Origin: Oculina patagonica
Lineage: Eukaryota
DNA: 64,000 bases
Direction: 5' to 3'
NCBI RefSeq assembly: GCF_052425735.1
Contig: NC_135769.1
Coordinates: forward strand, 31,310,001 to 31,374,000
Shown here: one piece after another, positions 21,980-35,800 of the stretch
How positions within the stretch are numbered: the stretch's first letter is position 1
Layout of the letters: the number at the start of each line of letters is the position of its first letter
Program-made: the position numbers and the translations under genes
Notes under the pieces: model-generated
What the model saw: only the letters and a program-made list of their open reading frames with translations
Told to the model about the DNA's origin: nothing
The model's database searches: none

Positions 21980-24900
21980 TTAAAAACGAACGTTAATACC
22001 GCAGAGATGTAAAATGCTGTCTTTTGAAAGGTTTATCCAAGCTTCTTCTTTGATGTGGCACTGTAACGCTGGACCTTTACCACTTTCAAGATTTCCCGTC
22101 AGCAAGAAAAGCCGGCTTTCAGTTTGCTTCCAGTGGCAGCCACCGGGAACTCTGATCGACGCAGTGTATTCATCATCTGTCTCGCTGCGTTTTACAAAAA
22201 TGTTGTCCTTTTGTCTGATGACTTCGGTGGCTATGACGTTAGCTTGTTCGCTTTCGCCATTTCCGACAGGAAAGAGGGTCTTGATATATCCACGAACAGC
22301 TAAAAGAGGAAAGAACATTTCCGATAAGACTTCATTGGAAACTTGTCACAAAAATAAAATTAACTGAAACTTGAATTTCAAGAGAGATTAACAAACGTTT
22401 TCATTAAGAAATATTATTCATAGCTTTTTTGTTCATGTCTTTGTCCAATGACTTGGTTTCTTTCTAACGTACAATAACATTCACAACAAAAAAGTTTACA
22501 ATTTATTCCGACGGCCTAATACTGGAAACGTCCAAGCATGCCGCGCCGAGAGGAGAATGGGGAGAGCACGAAAATTTACGCTTTCCCCCAGTTTGCTCCG
22601 GCTTGAGTCGCTTCTCGTGAGCCATGTCGGATTGTTTGTCCCGTGAAAACGTCATAAACCAGGCCACACAGGCTTTGAACACACTTGCGATTTATATAAC
22701 GAGTGTAGCGTTTCTAGCCAATCATAGCAAAGGTTTTGTCTGTCTGGGTCAGTTTGGTGCAAAATCAAAACTAACTGTACGATAAGTAAGCTGATGGCGA
22801 TTTAAGGATTTGCACTTACCAAAGTTGCTTTTGCAGATAGATTTGAGTAGCTCTGAATATTTACAAGGCCTGCATGCTGCAAATAACAAAAAAACACCAA
22901 TTAGTAACCCCAACACCGATGTAAATGTTGCGCACGCTACCACTTATAAAAATTTCTCTGTTTTGTTTCTATAATGCGACTACTGACTTGCGACCACTTG
23001 GAGATAAAAAAAAATAGAATATTGCAGAAAAAGGAGAAGATGGGGTGTACTTAATCCACCAGCTTCCACCTTACTGCGCGTTAAGTTTCCGAAAATTGAT
23101 TTATAGCCCCACCCTTCTCCCCTTCCCCCTTGGGAAGATGTTATTTGGATTGTCACCCTACATTGTACCCACGAGAAAGCTGCTTCACAACCCAGAATAA
23201 GGGCAGTGCAAACCCTACATCGACCTACAGCATCAAAAATAGCATGATTGTTTACAACCTAACGAGCCGCTTACCTTTCCGCCTTCCGTGTCTTGGCCTC
23301 TTTCTTCCATTTACAAGCACAGTGTAGTTCAATTGGGTCAATGTTTGGTTTTGTTGTGTTTCCAAATACAGCACTTGGTGCTGCGCCGCTGTGCTCGTTA
23401 TACAAACTGCCTTTCTTGTCACGTTTTCATTAACTTCCGTCAACAAATGTAACTTCTGTAGATCTTCCAGGTAAATCCTGACACCCGGATGCCGGGCGGT
23501 GAAGCAGAGTTTATAGTCGGTGCGCACATCACGTGGGTTAAACGTGACTCGCAGGCCCCCGAAAGGGTCAGACCAATGAAGCTCTCCTTGGTGGCACGTG
23601 GTCTCTATGCTCACAACTGATGGCTTGTCCTGACGGGGGACACCGCTGAAAAATAACAACAGATACGAAATGTTCAAAATGTAGTTTTATAAAAAAAGAA
23701 AAGAAAAAGAAAACTCGACTAATATTTTCCCCAAACGTTCTCATGCTAGCCTGCAGAACTGAAGGTTTGCTGGCACGCGATAGCAAAATATGCGATCAGC
23801 GAAGCTGCGAGAGGATTGGGTCAGACTTTCTGTTCCCATTCTTCTCGCGACTTGCCTAGCAAGTTTCGTTCTCGCCACTACTACGAGCCTGGAGCAGGCA
23901 GAGAAACTCATACTAGTTCAGTAACATCTATATATTTCCTCGCTTCTATCTGTTTAAAATTCAATCTACAGCCTTTTTTTAAAAAGTATATTTTTCAGAA
24001 AAAAATACTTGAATTGAAATTACTGATACCCTGGAGGGGAAATCGAAGTGCTTATTGTGGCATTTTAAGAGTTATTTCTGTGTCCCATGTTATTCGCCAT
24101 ACGGCAAGGCAAACTCTGAGCGAATTATATTTTAGGGGTAGCTGTAATTAGTTGAAACCGCTCTGTCATGATCCCTTCACACCTATCACCTGGATACTGC
24201 ATGGATATACAATATAAAGTTGTTATCGACCAAGCGTAAGAAATGGAGGAATATCGGACCGAATTCGTTTTTGCTCACGCGACTTTGACTCGGTCCGCTA
24301 ATGAACAAAAAGACATCTTACATCTCTCTGAACAGTAGCTTGGTCATTAAGATTTTAAGTGTTTCTCTAAAATTGATAAAGGCTGCTGAAATGACCAGTG
24401 CGCGAGCGGTCTGGAGAATATTAAATGTGCGCGGTTCATTGAAACTCTCGCGGAGCAGAAAATTAACCAAATTTGTTGCCTTGTGAAGAAGCCTAAAAGC
24501 CGTTTAATAAAACATCAGATTGCAAAATTACGAACAAGTGGCGCTTCAAGAGTTTCTATTAATAGAAAAAGGCTTTATAAAAAGAACTAATTTTCAGCAG
24601 TGCCTTTGTAATAGGAAAACACGCCAAAAAAACATTTTCCACTTTGATATCGTAAAAGTCTGTCTAATAGTATACAGCATTTTGGAAACATTTTTCTTGT
24701 ATCATTTTGGAACAACAGAGAAATCATTGGATATATGCACGTATTCTTTTGTGTCGGTATAGTTAAAGTATATCTTCGAGCTATCTTCGAGCGCGATCTT
24801 TATCAAACGTCTAATGCTTGTTTTGTGCTTGATGACTCAACCATTTCCTCCGGCCAAATTTCAAATACTTTCTATTCTTTTTCACAACTTTGTTCTTCAC

Positions 24901-26108
24901 CGACTTAGTAATTCAATGAGAGAGTCTTTTTAGCTGCACTGGTTTGATTTCGCCTCAAGAAAAAGTTTCTAAATTATTTATATGAGAAAAAAAACATGTA
25001 CGCGCACTTTGCTAGAACATTTCATGATATTAGCCCGAGAGGTTCTAATGCATATAGCTGGCGGTTACATTTTGATTGAACTTGCTTGTTTCGCAGCTGA
25101 CGAAGACATAGAATAACGGCTGTTTTTTTTTGTTGTTGTCTGTGAACATGTGCTTTCCACGTTCTCTCGTATATAGCAAAACAATAAAGAGAACCGAGGA
25201 AAACAATAGCGAAGCTCCACGAAGCAAAACGAAAAATCTGCGCTCACAATTTCTTTTGTTTGCGCGCAAAGCGAACAATAGTTCTTTCCGAACACAAAAG
25301 AGAAGCACGTGCCATAAGAAACAGCTAATACTCTGGAAAAAAGAAAATAAAATACGTTTGAATTTATTACGAACGACTTCGTAGTATTATTCTACAGTTT
25401 AGCCGTGAAGTGGAAAGAAATTGAGTTAAAACAGATACGATAGTAAGAAGCTTTGATACAGCTACGTCTTAAAAGACTTGTCAACTGAAACATTCGTTGC
25501 AAATTTTTTAAATTCTGCTGATTAATAATTGCATGTCAAGTTTGTCGGCTCGTGTGTATTTATGTGACGCACATGCAAGTTGAAGTTTGTGTTTTTGATA
25601 GATCCACACTTGGAAGAGTAACCCTAAATAGTTTGTTTCTCTTAGGGGAACCATAAATAGATGATACGTTTTCTTCCGTTCACTTTATAAACAGCAATTT
25701 GCGCGATTGAGACTATCATAACAATGCCACTTAACTTCTGTGTTTTCATCGGGAAGTTTGTAATGATCATGATATCTTGTGGACATATTTAGCGCCTAAC
25801 GAAAAAAGCCCGCCACACAAGAGTTCGTTAGGTAAGTGTATTTTGAAATTTTCGAGTGTGGTTAACAGTGGTTTTACGTCCTTCGAGCGCACTCAGTTGG
25901 CACGCGCGAGATTAAAACTTTCAGCATTCTCTAATTAGTGGTTGATGGCCACTGTTCGCAGTAAACTGTTAAAATCGAGCAGTTTTTCTTACCTGCCTCT
26001 CCAGATACAGTTCTCTTCCAAGGTAGTAGAACAAACGAAGCCAAGACGAAGCAAGACAGTCCAAAACAATAGAGTACGAAGTATTTTGAGTTCCACAGAG
26101 TGCTCCAT
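21980..26108 (-). CDS. METRNL: Meteorin/meteorin-like secreted protein, 4 exons, 287 aa
   Basis: Exons (minus): 26108-25993 (signal peptide, then EENCIWRGS), 23645-23275 (CHQGELHWSDPFGGLRVTF...C...VRIYLE), 22876-22820 (ACRPCKYSELLKSICKSNF), 22299-21980 (AVRGYI...VIRQK...GC...FLLTG...LQC). The Cys pattern and the motifs CxWxGSG, CxxGxxxW, CRPC and F-x-V-R-G fit the meteorin family; phases are consistent. Confidence 0.9.
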
Positions 26109-29100
26109 TCCTGCAACGCAATCGGGCGGCTGGTTAATGAAGCGAACTGGAAACACGGATGTTAATTTGTTCTTCTAATGGCACGAGGCACAAGTATTCA
26201 GATAACCACAGTGGTAATAAACAGTCCAATAGCAGAGCGTTGTTGTCCCTCCTGGGAAACCGATAATGCTGCTATTGTGAAAGAAAACAAAACAACTCAT
26301 TCAAGTACCTGAGGTGCTTAGGACTTGTGCTAGATTTGCATATGAAAAGGGCCTTTTTAAGAGAGCGGATTTTGTTGTGTAAAGTCGCTATGATGCAACA
26401 AAAGACCTCTAGCGACAGCTTGTCACTCGCATGGCCTCTAGAGGGAAAAAGGCTTCGAGGCTTGTTTTTGTGAATAAATTTGACATGAACGATTTGTCAT
26501 ACGCGTGCCGCTCGCTCTGCCAAACTGGAAGTCATCAATTACTGACATCTTGAATATTCATAAATTTAACGACTTAAAAATCTCGGACAGTAAAAGAAAA
26601 CCATTTTAAATTGCAGTTAAATAATAGTAGTTCAAGACAAATTTTATTAAATTTTCATGTATCTTTTCGGTTTGTTTCGCTACTGTGTAGAGCGAACTTC
26701 TGTGGCAATTTAAAAAGGACCCGTTCAAGACATTTTCATTTGAAAACAAAGTTCTAAAAGTTCAGTGCTTTTCACGCATTTAAACGTTTCTGCATTTGGT
26801 TGCTGAGGCAAAGCAGGTAGTCTTGCTGAAACATTTTTCATTACATGTGGTTACAAATGTAAATGGCGCTGTCGTTCGCAAAACAAACAAATCAGACCAA
26901 AACCAAACAATATCCCAAATTTCTGTTCTCTTTTACCCGTCTTATACGTAAGAACCATACCGTTTTAAAATCAAAACTTCTTCATCTACTAAAGCGAGGT
27001 TTTCTCCCGAGCAAATGAGTTAATTTCTTAATGGAGTAAAATCTCTGAATGGTTACTTACCTATTTACAATTTCCATCGACAAGTGATTTGAAATCAAAT
27101 TTTAATAAATTTTACTGAAGTTGTTTACATAGGGAAAAAATCATTTCAGTATTAAGCAAAGAACATTAATATTCATTACAATAAAAGATAGCTTGCTGAA
27201 TTTTAAAATAAAGGAAAAGACACTTTTCCACCTGTTAAAAAAACGTCCTAAAAGAGACCGCGCCCAGAACGAACTCGACAAAACTTGCACGAGGAGCAAA
27301 CTTCAACGGTTTCGTTTTTTGCACCGCCCGCCGGGAGAAAGTGCACATTATAACCACTGGTCGTATTTGAGAAGCAACTCGTCCTTTGCCTTATTCAAAT
27401 AAAAACCTTCGCAAATATCACATAAAAGTGGGGTTGCCTATTGAAATGAGAAATCTCAAAGCCTGAATTCTTAAAGGAATCACAATTAGGAGTATCAAAT
27501 CGCTGAAAAAAGGGGTAAAAAACACAAGAAAATAGGCGTGGTTTAACAATATGTACAATCAAGAGAAAATATGGGGCACAATATCCTCTATGGATAATTC
27601 GAAAGAAGAAAATTTTGTAGTTTCGTCTTCTTGCCTTTGCCCATTCATTAATCTGCAATTCTATTTTGTATTTAAGAAACAAAATTTGAAGCAAAATTAT
27701 ACATTTGTTGGACATCATGTAATGGATGTTACAACTTATTTTACCTCATAGCATCTTTGAAGCTAAACATAAAATAAAAAGCTCCTTTCAAAGCAATCTT
27801 GGAACGAAATCTCTAGTCTTTAGTAACAATATGTGCATAAAACAACGTCCAATCGATTAAACTTTTTTCAATAAAACTTTTAAAGAAACCTTTCAAGTTT
27901 CAAGGATATAAACAAGGTAAAATCAATGTGAACGTGGAACTATCATGATCTATATAAAAACATGAATCACAAATTATGTTTAAAAATAACCGGCAGACTG
28001 CGGATTGCTTCAGGGAATCAAAACTAGCCGATGGAAATAAACCTGAAAATCTAAAGCGCGACACTTTCGCACAATCCCTTTTAACGGTCAGCTTGGTTTT
28101 AAAATTCAACTTTTATCCTAATTTGGGACAAAATTCTGTACTCTTTTACAATGAATGATTATAATTGCGCTGATTTCTCTTACCTTTGTAGGGAAACGAC
28201 GTTAGTTCTGCTTGTGGCGCGGGAAATGTTTTTCAAAAACGCATCCGCAAAATGAAAGCGCTGTTAACTAACTAACAGATCGAAATCAGGTATTCTACTG
28301 TTCTTGACACATGCTATTTTTAATATCTACCTGACGTAACACACGTGTAGAACATCTGCTGATCTATAGCAACATGCTGTTTTGAATATTTATGAAGAAT
28401 AGTTCGCAAATTACGGGTATAAACACGTGTAAGGGCCCCTTGTGAACCTATTGTGTGATTTTACTGAGCTTTTACCGAACTGTACACCCGTTCTGTTAGC
28501 GCTAATGCAGTTTGGAGGTATATAAGGTCTTTTCGTGATTTGTATCGCTCAGTACAATATTATCACAAGTTTGAAAAGGAAGTGATATTTGAATTGAAAT
28601 GAGGACTTTGTATAAGTCGCCAGCGAAGCCTCAAAACAATTGCAGTGATTTTATTGTTTCAAATTAATTTACACTCTCACAATATTCTTAAAACAAATTG
28701 ATATTTTTAATTTCTGTGGCGTGGCTAATTGATTCGCGCGCAGACACATATATCTTGAAGTAATATAGCCAATGAGAAATCAAATATTACACACGGTTTG
28801 ACAGTTCGGAGCAGCGCCCTTTGTTGAAAACGAAAATAAACAATCAAAATTTCCAATTTAACTGGTAGAACTGAGCGGATTGTTTTAATAATTAGACGGA
28901 AGATATAACGAACTATTCTCTAAAAAGCATTGGCTCCTTAGTCGGGTACTATGTAGATGGAAGTCTAATAGTCAACAGCAGCCGTTACTTCTTCAAAATT
29001 AATAAAGTATAATAATTCAAACAAAAGCTATCTTTGAAAGCAGTGTTTGTTTTGTAACTTCTCCCATGTAACAAATAAAAAAAGCAATTGATTTTTAAAC

Positions 29101-30636
29101 TTAGGACATTTACCAGACGGTATCAGTAGCAGGTTTATTGTTTTGTTGCTTTTTTCCATTCTTTTTTGCATTTCAGCAACCATGAGGGACGCGCCGGTCA
29201 GCTATATAATGGCTAGTCCGTGCTAATGAAGTCCGGATTTGAATTAGCCCTGGTCAGGGTCGTTATGTTTTGTTCTTGAGCAAGATACTTTATTTTAAAC
29301 TTATAATGCCTCTAGCTACTCAGGAGTATAAAACGTTGAACTTCAGGTGAATTGAGGTTAGGAAAGACGCCAAAATGCTATGGGGTAACCTGCTATAGAC
29401 TAGCCTTTCATTCAGGAAGAGTATCAAAAATACTAGCTAGTCGCTTCGTGTTACAGAAACCTCTTTTAAGGCCACTAGGTTCCAGTGGGAAAAAGACCTT
29501 CGTTTACTTATTCAGTGCCGGTTTAGTCACCAACTGTCAATAATTGCTAGATTCAAGTAGCTAGATAACGGCTTAAAACATGCTTAAAGATGTTTACATA
29601 AACATGTCGGTTTTGAAAATCTGCTTTGTGCATAAACGTCTCTTACCGAGACGAATGATTTCATAACAAAACTTAAGTGGGCATTTGATTGATTGCTGCT
29701 TTAAATTACGGCTTCTATTTAATTCTCCTTCACTGAATTCAAATTTTTGTAAACTCGGAAAAGAACTAAATATAAAGTTGGCATGAAAGGGGTGGCGGTG
29801 TAGTCACGCCAAATATCTTGCTTATAAAATACAATCAATTGTTCAAACTTTTACACCTGTTTTATACACGTGGTGAACTTCCTTCTTTCTCAGTAATCGA
29901 ATTATTTTACATGCAACCGCTTAATTTTAAATCCTTAGCTAGAAATATGATTTTTGTAACACTGATTGCCTGACAATCTCTTTTTGTTATAGTCGTCTAG
30001 AATCGTGTTTGCCCGCCATGTTTATGACATGTTTGTTACCCTTAAAAATAGCGGTAAAAAGACACCAAGTGTCCTGTTCTGTTTACAAACCCAGTACAAA
30101 TACATTCCTTTTAACATTAAGTTTAAGAATTGGTGGTAGGTCAAGACAATACCTCCACGATTGATGCTTTATTTAGACGTTTTTCACGTCACCTGTGTGC
30201 TAGAGAACATTTGGAATTAGTTGAAAGGCTTTGAAACTGAGCTCTGTTGAGGTTATTGAGGTAGTTTAGTGTTTTAGTTTTAACATTATAGATAACCCAG
30301 GCTCTTTAGGTGTAAGGAAAGAAGTAAAGCATAAAAACTAAAATATAATATTTTTTGGTTTTGAAGTTGTTTAATCGTTTCCGTTGCGAATCTTTGGTGG
30401 TTTTAATGGCTTTAAAGCAATTTGCGAAATCACTTGATAAACAAAACTAGTTCAAAACCGCTCTAAACCCATTCAAACAACAGCAACAAAAGTCTCATTC
30501 TTTCCTTCTTTGCTCAACTAAGGGAACTAATTAAACTACAGCCGGAGTTTCATTAAAGAAACTGGCTATACTTCTTTGTTTATACTCTGATAAAGAGCCT
30601 GGGTTCTGACTAACAATGGTATTTTGATGAGGCCAC

Positions 30637-31005
30637 ACGTTCTTGTCCCCAGAGCCGCTTGGCCCTCTTTACAGCCGGCGAGGTGGGGACGAGAAAAAGT
30701 GGCTCTAGGGACACATCATTTGATTGGCTAGATCTTTAAAAATGAAATTAAATTTGGCAAATCAAATCAATCGATTTTAAAAATCCCTTTGTTGTAAGGG
30801 ATTTTACTACGGTTGAATTGATTAATAAATAAGTCTTCCCGAGTGTCTCGAGCGCGCTAACCATTAGGCCACCGCTCCTCCCACGGTTGAATTGATTGGC
30901 TAGATTTAATTCTTTTGTTAAAAATCTAGCCAATCAAGTCATGTTTCCCCAGAGCCACTTGTTCCTCGTGCCCAAGGCTCTGCCGGCTGAAGAGAGACAA
31001 GCGGC
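30637..31005. repeat. Degenerate inverted-repeat element
   Basis: The arm GCCGCTT...CAGCCGGC...GTGGCTCTAGGG...TGATTGGCTAGAT is mirrored by ATCTAGCCAATCA...CCCAGAGCCAC...GCCGGCTG...AAGCGGC. Confidence 0.6.
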
Positions 31006-32784
31006 GGGGCGGGGGGGGGGTCCGCGTTCGCCTCGAGCGTCGCTGTGGTGCGGGAGCACCCAGGGGCAGGCACACCCCCGATCACGGAGACGGACGAACG
31101 GAGACGGGGGGGTTGAGTGTACCTTTTGCTGTAATGAATAACTTACAGTTTGCCGTCAACAACTATATAGATTTACGTTAAACGAATAAAGAACAATAAA
31201 TTGAGGATGCATAAACATAGAACTATCATCAATAAGGAAAATGTAAAGGAAACTTAACGTACCTACTGTAGTTAAAGACGCCCTTTTCTAGTGTTTTGAA
31301 CAAGAATCACGTTTAAATAGTTCCCAGCGTAATCACAACACGGATGAGTCCCACAGTGTGTGAATCACTATAGATATGACTCATACTGCGAGAGATCCAA
31401 TTTAACAATTGAAACATGTCTCAATCAATACCAAAATGTCTTAATTAATTCCGATTTAACTAATTCCCTTTGTTTTCATTGTTTTTGACAGTTCTCTTTT
31501 TAGCTCTCGTTTAAATGAACAACTTAACTCCCTAGGGTATAATCGTCTTAGTTTGTGTTTTTTGGAGCTAAAGTTTCCTTCGACATCAATGCATTTTAAA
31601 TGAAGCAAATCTGGAAAGCTGCTTTTTCGCCGAATGGTACTTGCCAGTTTAGTGGTTATCCAATGACTTTACAAAATCGCCAACATAGTCTCCAACTACT
31701 TGTAAATAGCACCGTAACTTAATCAAAGACAGTAAAAAATGACTTTGAAACACTGTTAGCCTGTGGCAGGATTGGGAGGCATGGATTCTTTTATTTATCT
31801 TACCATCATAATTTTCAATATCATTAGAAATTTGACGACTGAGAAGACAGTTAAGAGATAAAGTGCCACATTTGTCGACAAATTAGGGCAAACGTGCATT
31901 AATCTTCTACTTTTTACGTTATATTACGGTTTTTTTTTTTTGCGATGTAATGATCCCCTAATGGGACGCACAGAAACCAAATTGCTAGTGCGTGGACTCC
32001 GAGTCGAAAAGTCCGGGTTCTAGCCTTTGCCTGAGTCATTAATTGTGTCTGCTCAAACAGTGGACTAACCTATATAGAACTCGAACAGACGATTACCTTA
32101 CGATCCAAAGAACATGAATAACGTAATAATAAAAGTTCTGATAAATCTGGCTCCATGCAAACGTGACTAGAGACTAGTACTCTGACGTCACGATTTTGTT
32201 ACGAGTGACGTCACAGGAGGCTTGCAGACCCACTGGTTCCCAGGATCTTACTCGCACCTCCTTCTCGCCGAAGAAAGAACGCCTTGGGACAAACTAAACT
32301 TTCGGATTATAATCAACTGTTTTCTTAAACTTTACGCAAACTTTTAGATTGCAGCGTATTATCAGTTCAGCACGCTTCTTCTGCCGACTTTAGAAGAACT
32401 GAATACTATTTTGTACATGTTGTGTACTTTAATTACATTTTTAGTAACGTAAATTAAAGTAAGGTCTAATTATGTCGTAGGTGTTTGGCAACGGTGGGAT
32501 GTTTGCCCCTCAGCCAAAGTTGTAAGGGTCGTTAGTTTAATGTTTGCGTAAGATCCCTGGCTTTTGTTGTTAATCCAAAGCTCAACAAAATAACTGCGGG
32601 GCGACTAAACAATTCTTAATTTATCAAGACTGCATCTAATCTTGTTAAAAGCTCTTCGTATGTAGTTTAACCCGAAGTAAATGCGTCATTTAGCGTTAAA
32701 TGTTATCACTAGAATTGTGACAAAATGTACCCCTACTTTAGATTATAGCTTAAATTTCTTTCTTCACCTTAAAATGCACCAACC

Positions 32785-32818
32785 AAATGCTAAATGCTAA
32801 ATGCTAAATGCTAAATGC
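32785..32818. repeat. (AAATGCT)n heptamer tandem repeat
   Basis: Nearly five consecutive copies. Confidence 0.85.
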
Positions 32819-33439
32819 AGTGCAGTTACCGTATAAGTTCTCAACAAAATATGTTCAGCAACATCCAATAAAATGAAAAATCACAAACCTTTACAATTTT
32901 GAGGACTTCAAGGTCTTTTACAAGTCAAAATCACACACAGTACTAATTTAGGTTCCCTCCACCTCAGATAAATTCATCTAATCCGTTCCCTTGTTGAAGA
33001 TGAAGTTGATTCAATTTTCAGCCTGTAATATCGGACCATTTATTGAATCAATAAAAGCTTATGGCGATTAAGGTCGTGTTGCAGTCAATGGCGCTCATTG
33101 TATAGGTGGATTAATTTGTTAATTATGGCAGCCTCAAAAGCGACATGGCAATTGTCATATCTCATTCTCATTCAAACTGAATAAATCGAGTCAGCTGCAA
33201 ACAATTGTAATTGCACGTCGGTTGGTGTATGAAATTCTATAGCACGCTGTTAAGTAAACGCCAAGATTAACTATTTTTAACTGAGTCTTCTCCAGAGCCA
33301 CTCCGGATTGTCTTAGCCGCGGGGACTAGGCACAGAAAAGCCCTTGGACAATCTTGTACATGCATGCTTTAAGTCAGGTTTACACAGGCAATTTTTATGT
33401 GACAATTTTTGTTTTTAACAGCAGAGATTTAGAAAACGA

Positions 33440-33650
33440 TTTTAGAATGAAATTAAACGCTAAAAAAGTTTTTAAACTCATATTAAAACTTAAAAAACTT
33501 TAAAAAAGTAGACGACGTTTCGGCGCTACTCTACGCCATTATCAAGTCATGGCGTAGAGTAGCGCCGAAACGTCGTCTACTTTTTTAAAGTTTTCAAAGT
33601 TTTAAAATGAGTTTTAACACTTTTTTAGCGTTTAAATTTCATTATAAAAA
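33440..33650. mobile_element. Inverted pair of Penelope-like terminal-repeat fragments, nested in an older MITE
   Basis: Arms of about 100 bp (about 33440-33539 and 33549-33650) around a 9-nt spacer; each carries the CGAAACGTCG signature of Penelope-like pLTR hammerhead regions. Confidence 0.7.
33511..33548 (-). ncRNA. Minimal type I hammerhead ribozyme motif (U3-A8 core variant)
   Basis: Minus strand GAC-UUGAUAA-U-GGCG-uagaguag-CGCC-GAAA-C-GUC^GUC: stem I GAC/GUC, stem II GGCG/CGCC, GAAA box, palindromic ACGU mini stem III, GUC cleavage triplet. Confidence 0.6.
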
Positions 33651-35800
33651 TTTTGGTTTTGACAAATTTATTTGACCGTGTAGATAACTTAACAACTATT
33701 TGTCAGCAGTCCAAAGTTTATTGCGCAGTAATGACTTTAGACAGCAGAGATACGCATCCACAGTACTCAGTGGGAGTTTGGGAGATTAGGGACCACAAAT
33801 GCTGACGCAACATTTGCCACATTTTATGTGACGAGTCATCTACACGAGCAATTTTTCGTATGTGACAACTTTTATTTGTCACATAAAAGCTAACTCGCCA
33901 GCTTGTCAGCAAATATATTTGTCACATAAGAAAAAAAACCAATTTTTATCATCAACACATACACGAGCCTAAAAGCTTCTCTTTTTGAAGACACATGTCT
34001 ATTTTAAGTTCAGTCCACGCGCACAGCGGACTTTTTCTCTCGCATACGAGCGCGAAGTACATCTAGGGGTTCTCTTTGTTTCCATCAGGGGTGGATAACG
34101 CTATCCATCAGATAAATCGCTATCAAGTGGACAAATGCTAACAGGCAGTTCACTATGCTACCCACTGGGGAGTAATTTATCCAGTGGATATCGTAATCCA
34201 TCCTTGAAGAAGAGAGGCAGTTTTACGGCAGTTAACCATGGTCAAGGCTATCATGACAGGCTGACAAGAAAAAAAAATAGAAATGTGATAGGCCTTCCAA
34301 ATCAAATAAGACGCGTCCATCAAACAAGTCTAACTTCAACATTTGTCCATAAAAATGCCAATTTTTGTTGTGCACTAAAAAACAGCCAATTTATTGTCGA
34401 CATACAAATTCTTATTAATGGTCTCCATATATTTCCTGTAGAATTAGTTGGGAGAATTTGTTAAAAATCAAGGCAATTTTTCTGTGGTGATGACATCTTA
34501 ATTCTAATAACCTATTCTTTCGATTGCCAGTGGCGAATCTGCGATGACAGGGGGGTGGGGACGGGACGGGGACGTGTAATAGGACTAGTAAAGATCATAT
34601 TTTTTGGTACAAAATGAGGACTAAAATATTGTTTATTCTTCCAACAAAAAAGAAGGGGCAGTGAGTCCGATAGACGCACCACTGACTGATAATGTAAGGA
34701 GAAATTTGATAATGATTACTCTTGGAGCTCAAAGAATTAAATATTGCCCGTGATGGACGTTGCGCGGAAAACGCACTCTAATGTATGATAAAAGTCAAGT
34801 GCCACTTACTTTTATACGCAGTTTATTTTAAATGCGTTGAATACATGATCTAACTTCCTATAGGAAGTGAGAGGGAAAGCTGTACAATCAGATGAGTCTT
34901 GTGCCACCCATAATATGATTACTACGGAGCGTTTTTGTTTTCTCGTATACACTCTTTTTTCTATAATAATATTGTTTTTCCGGCCCAGGCTGAATATTTT
35001 TATTTTTTTTCTGCCGATTTTAGGCTGAAGAATATTCTTAGATTATAACAGTTCAGTTTTGGAATGTATTGGGTATCAATTACAAGTGTATAACTTCTAG
35101 AAATGATATTAGCATCAAACGTACGGCTAGTGTTGGTTTGATGTTTTTTAGCTAGTTTTGTCATTAAGAGAAAGAAAGAATTTTAACGGTTTAGTTGAAA
35201 ACATAGAACTGAATTGTATTAAAACATTTTCAACACATAAAATTATGTTCTTTTCAAAATCTCAGCCACGGTTTTATTCTTAAAATATTCTTAAAATTTC
35301 GCAAACTTCAGCCTCGATATTCTTAGAGAAAAAAAAAGAGTGTAGCAAATGAGCTTTTATGTTTTCTTACTTCGTGTGCACGAACAGCATGACAAATCCA
35401 GAAAAATTCAAGTTTGCCGCCGTTAATAAACTATCTCAATCTTCCTCGATCTAAACAATCTTTGTTCTTTTGTGGTTTGTTAAATTATTTTTTAGGGGAA
35501 TTTCAACTTTGTTTAACTATTATTTTGAGGTTTCCATCGATTTCAACGTACTTTATTGGCAAAGCTTCTTCTAGTTTCTTCTGCAATACCTGCTATATTT
35601 TGGACATTGTACATGGTCCATCTTGCTTTGAGCAACATTAGCAAGTTGTCTTTTCGAGACAGCGTTCCAAATAATTTAAGTTAAGACGCAGTTCTATAAG
35701 CCCTATTATACTTGGTACTGCTACTCCAGTCGGATTTTTCTTCGGAACTTATCATTTGGGCTCTTATGTTTCAAGACTGAACTAAGTGTACTTGGGCCAT

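Noticed and set aside
25931-26116. ORF MQEWSTLWNSKY... as the METRNL first exon
   Set aside because: Wrong frame; the frame from ATG 26108 gives the signal peptide, the CIWRGS motif and the correct splice phase.
28190-28290. AG...GT-bounded exon-like segment in the intergenic region
   Set aside because: No recognisable reading frame or partner exons; cannot be supported without RNA data.
31003-31115. Sudden GC-rich island
   Set aside because: It follows a poly-G run and replaces the expected end of an inverted repeat; most likely sequencing or assembly noise.
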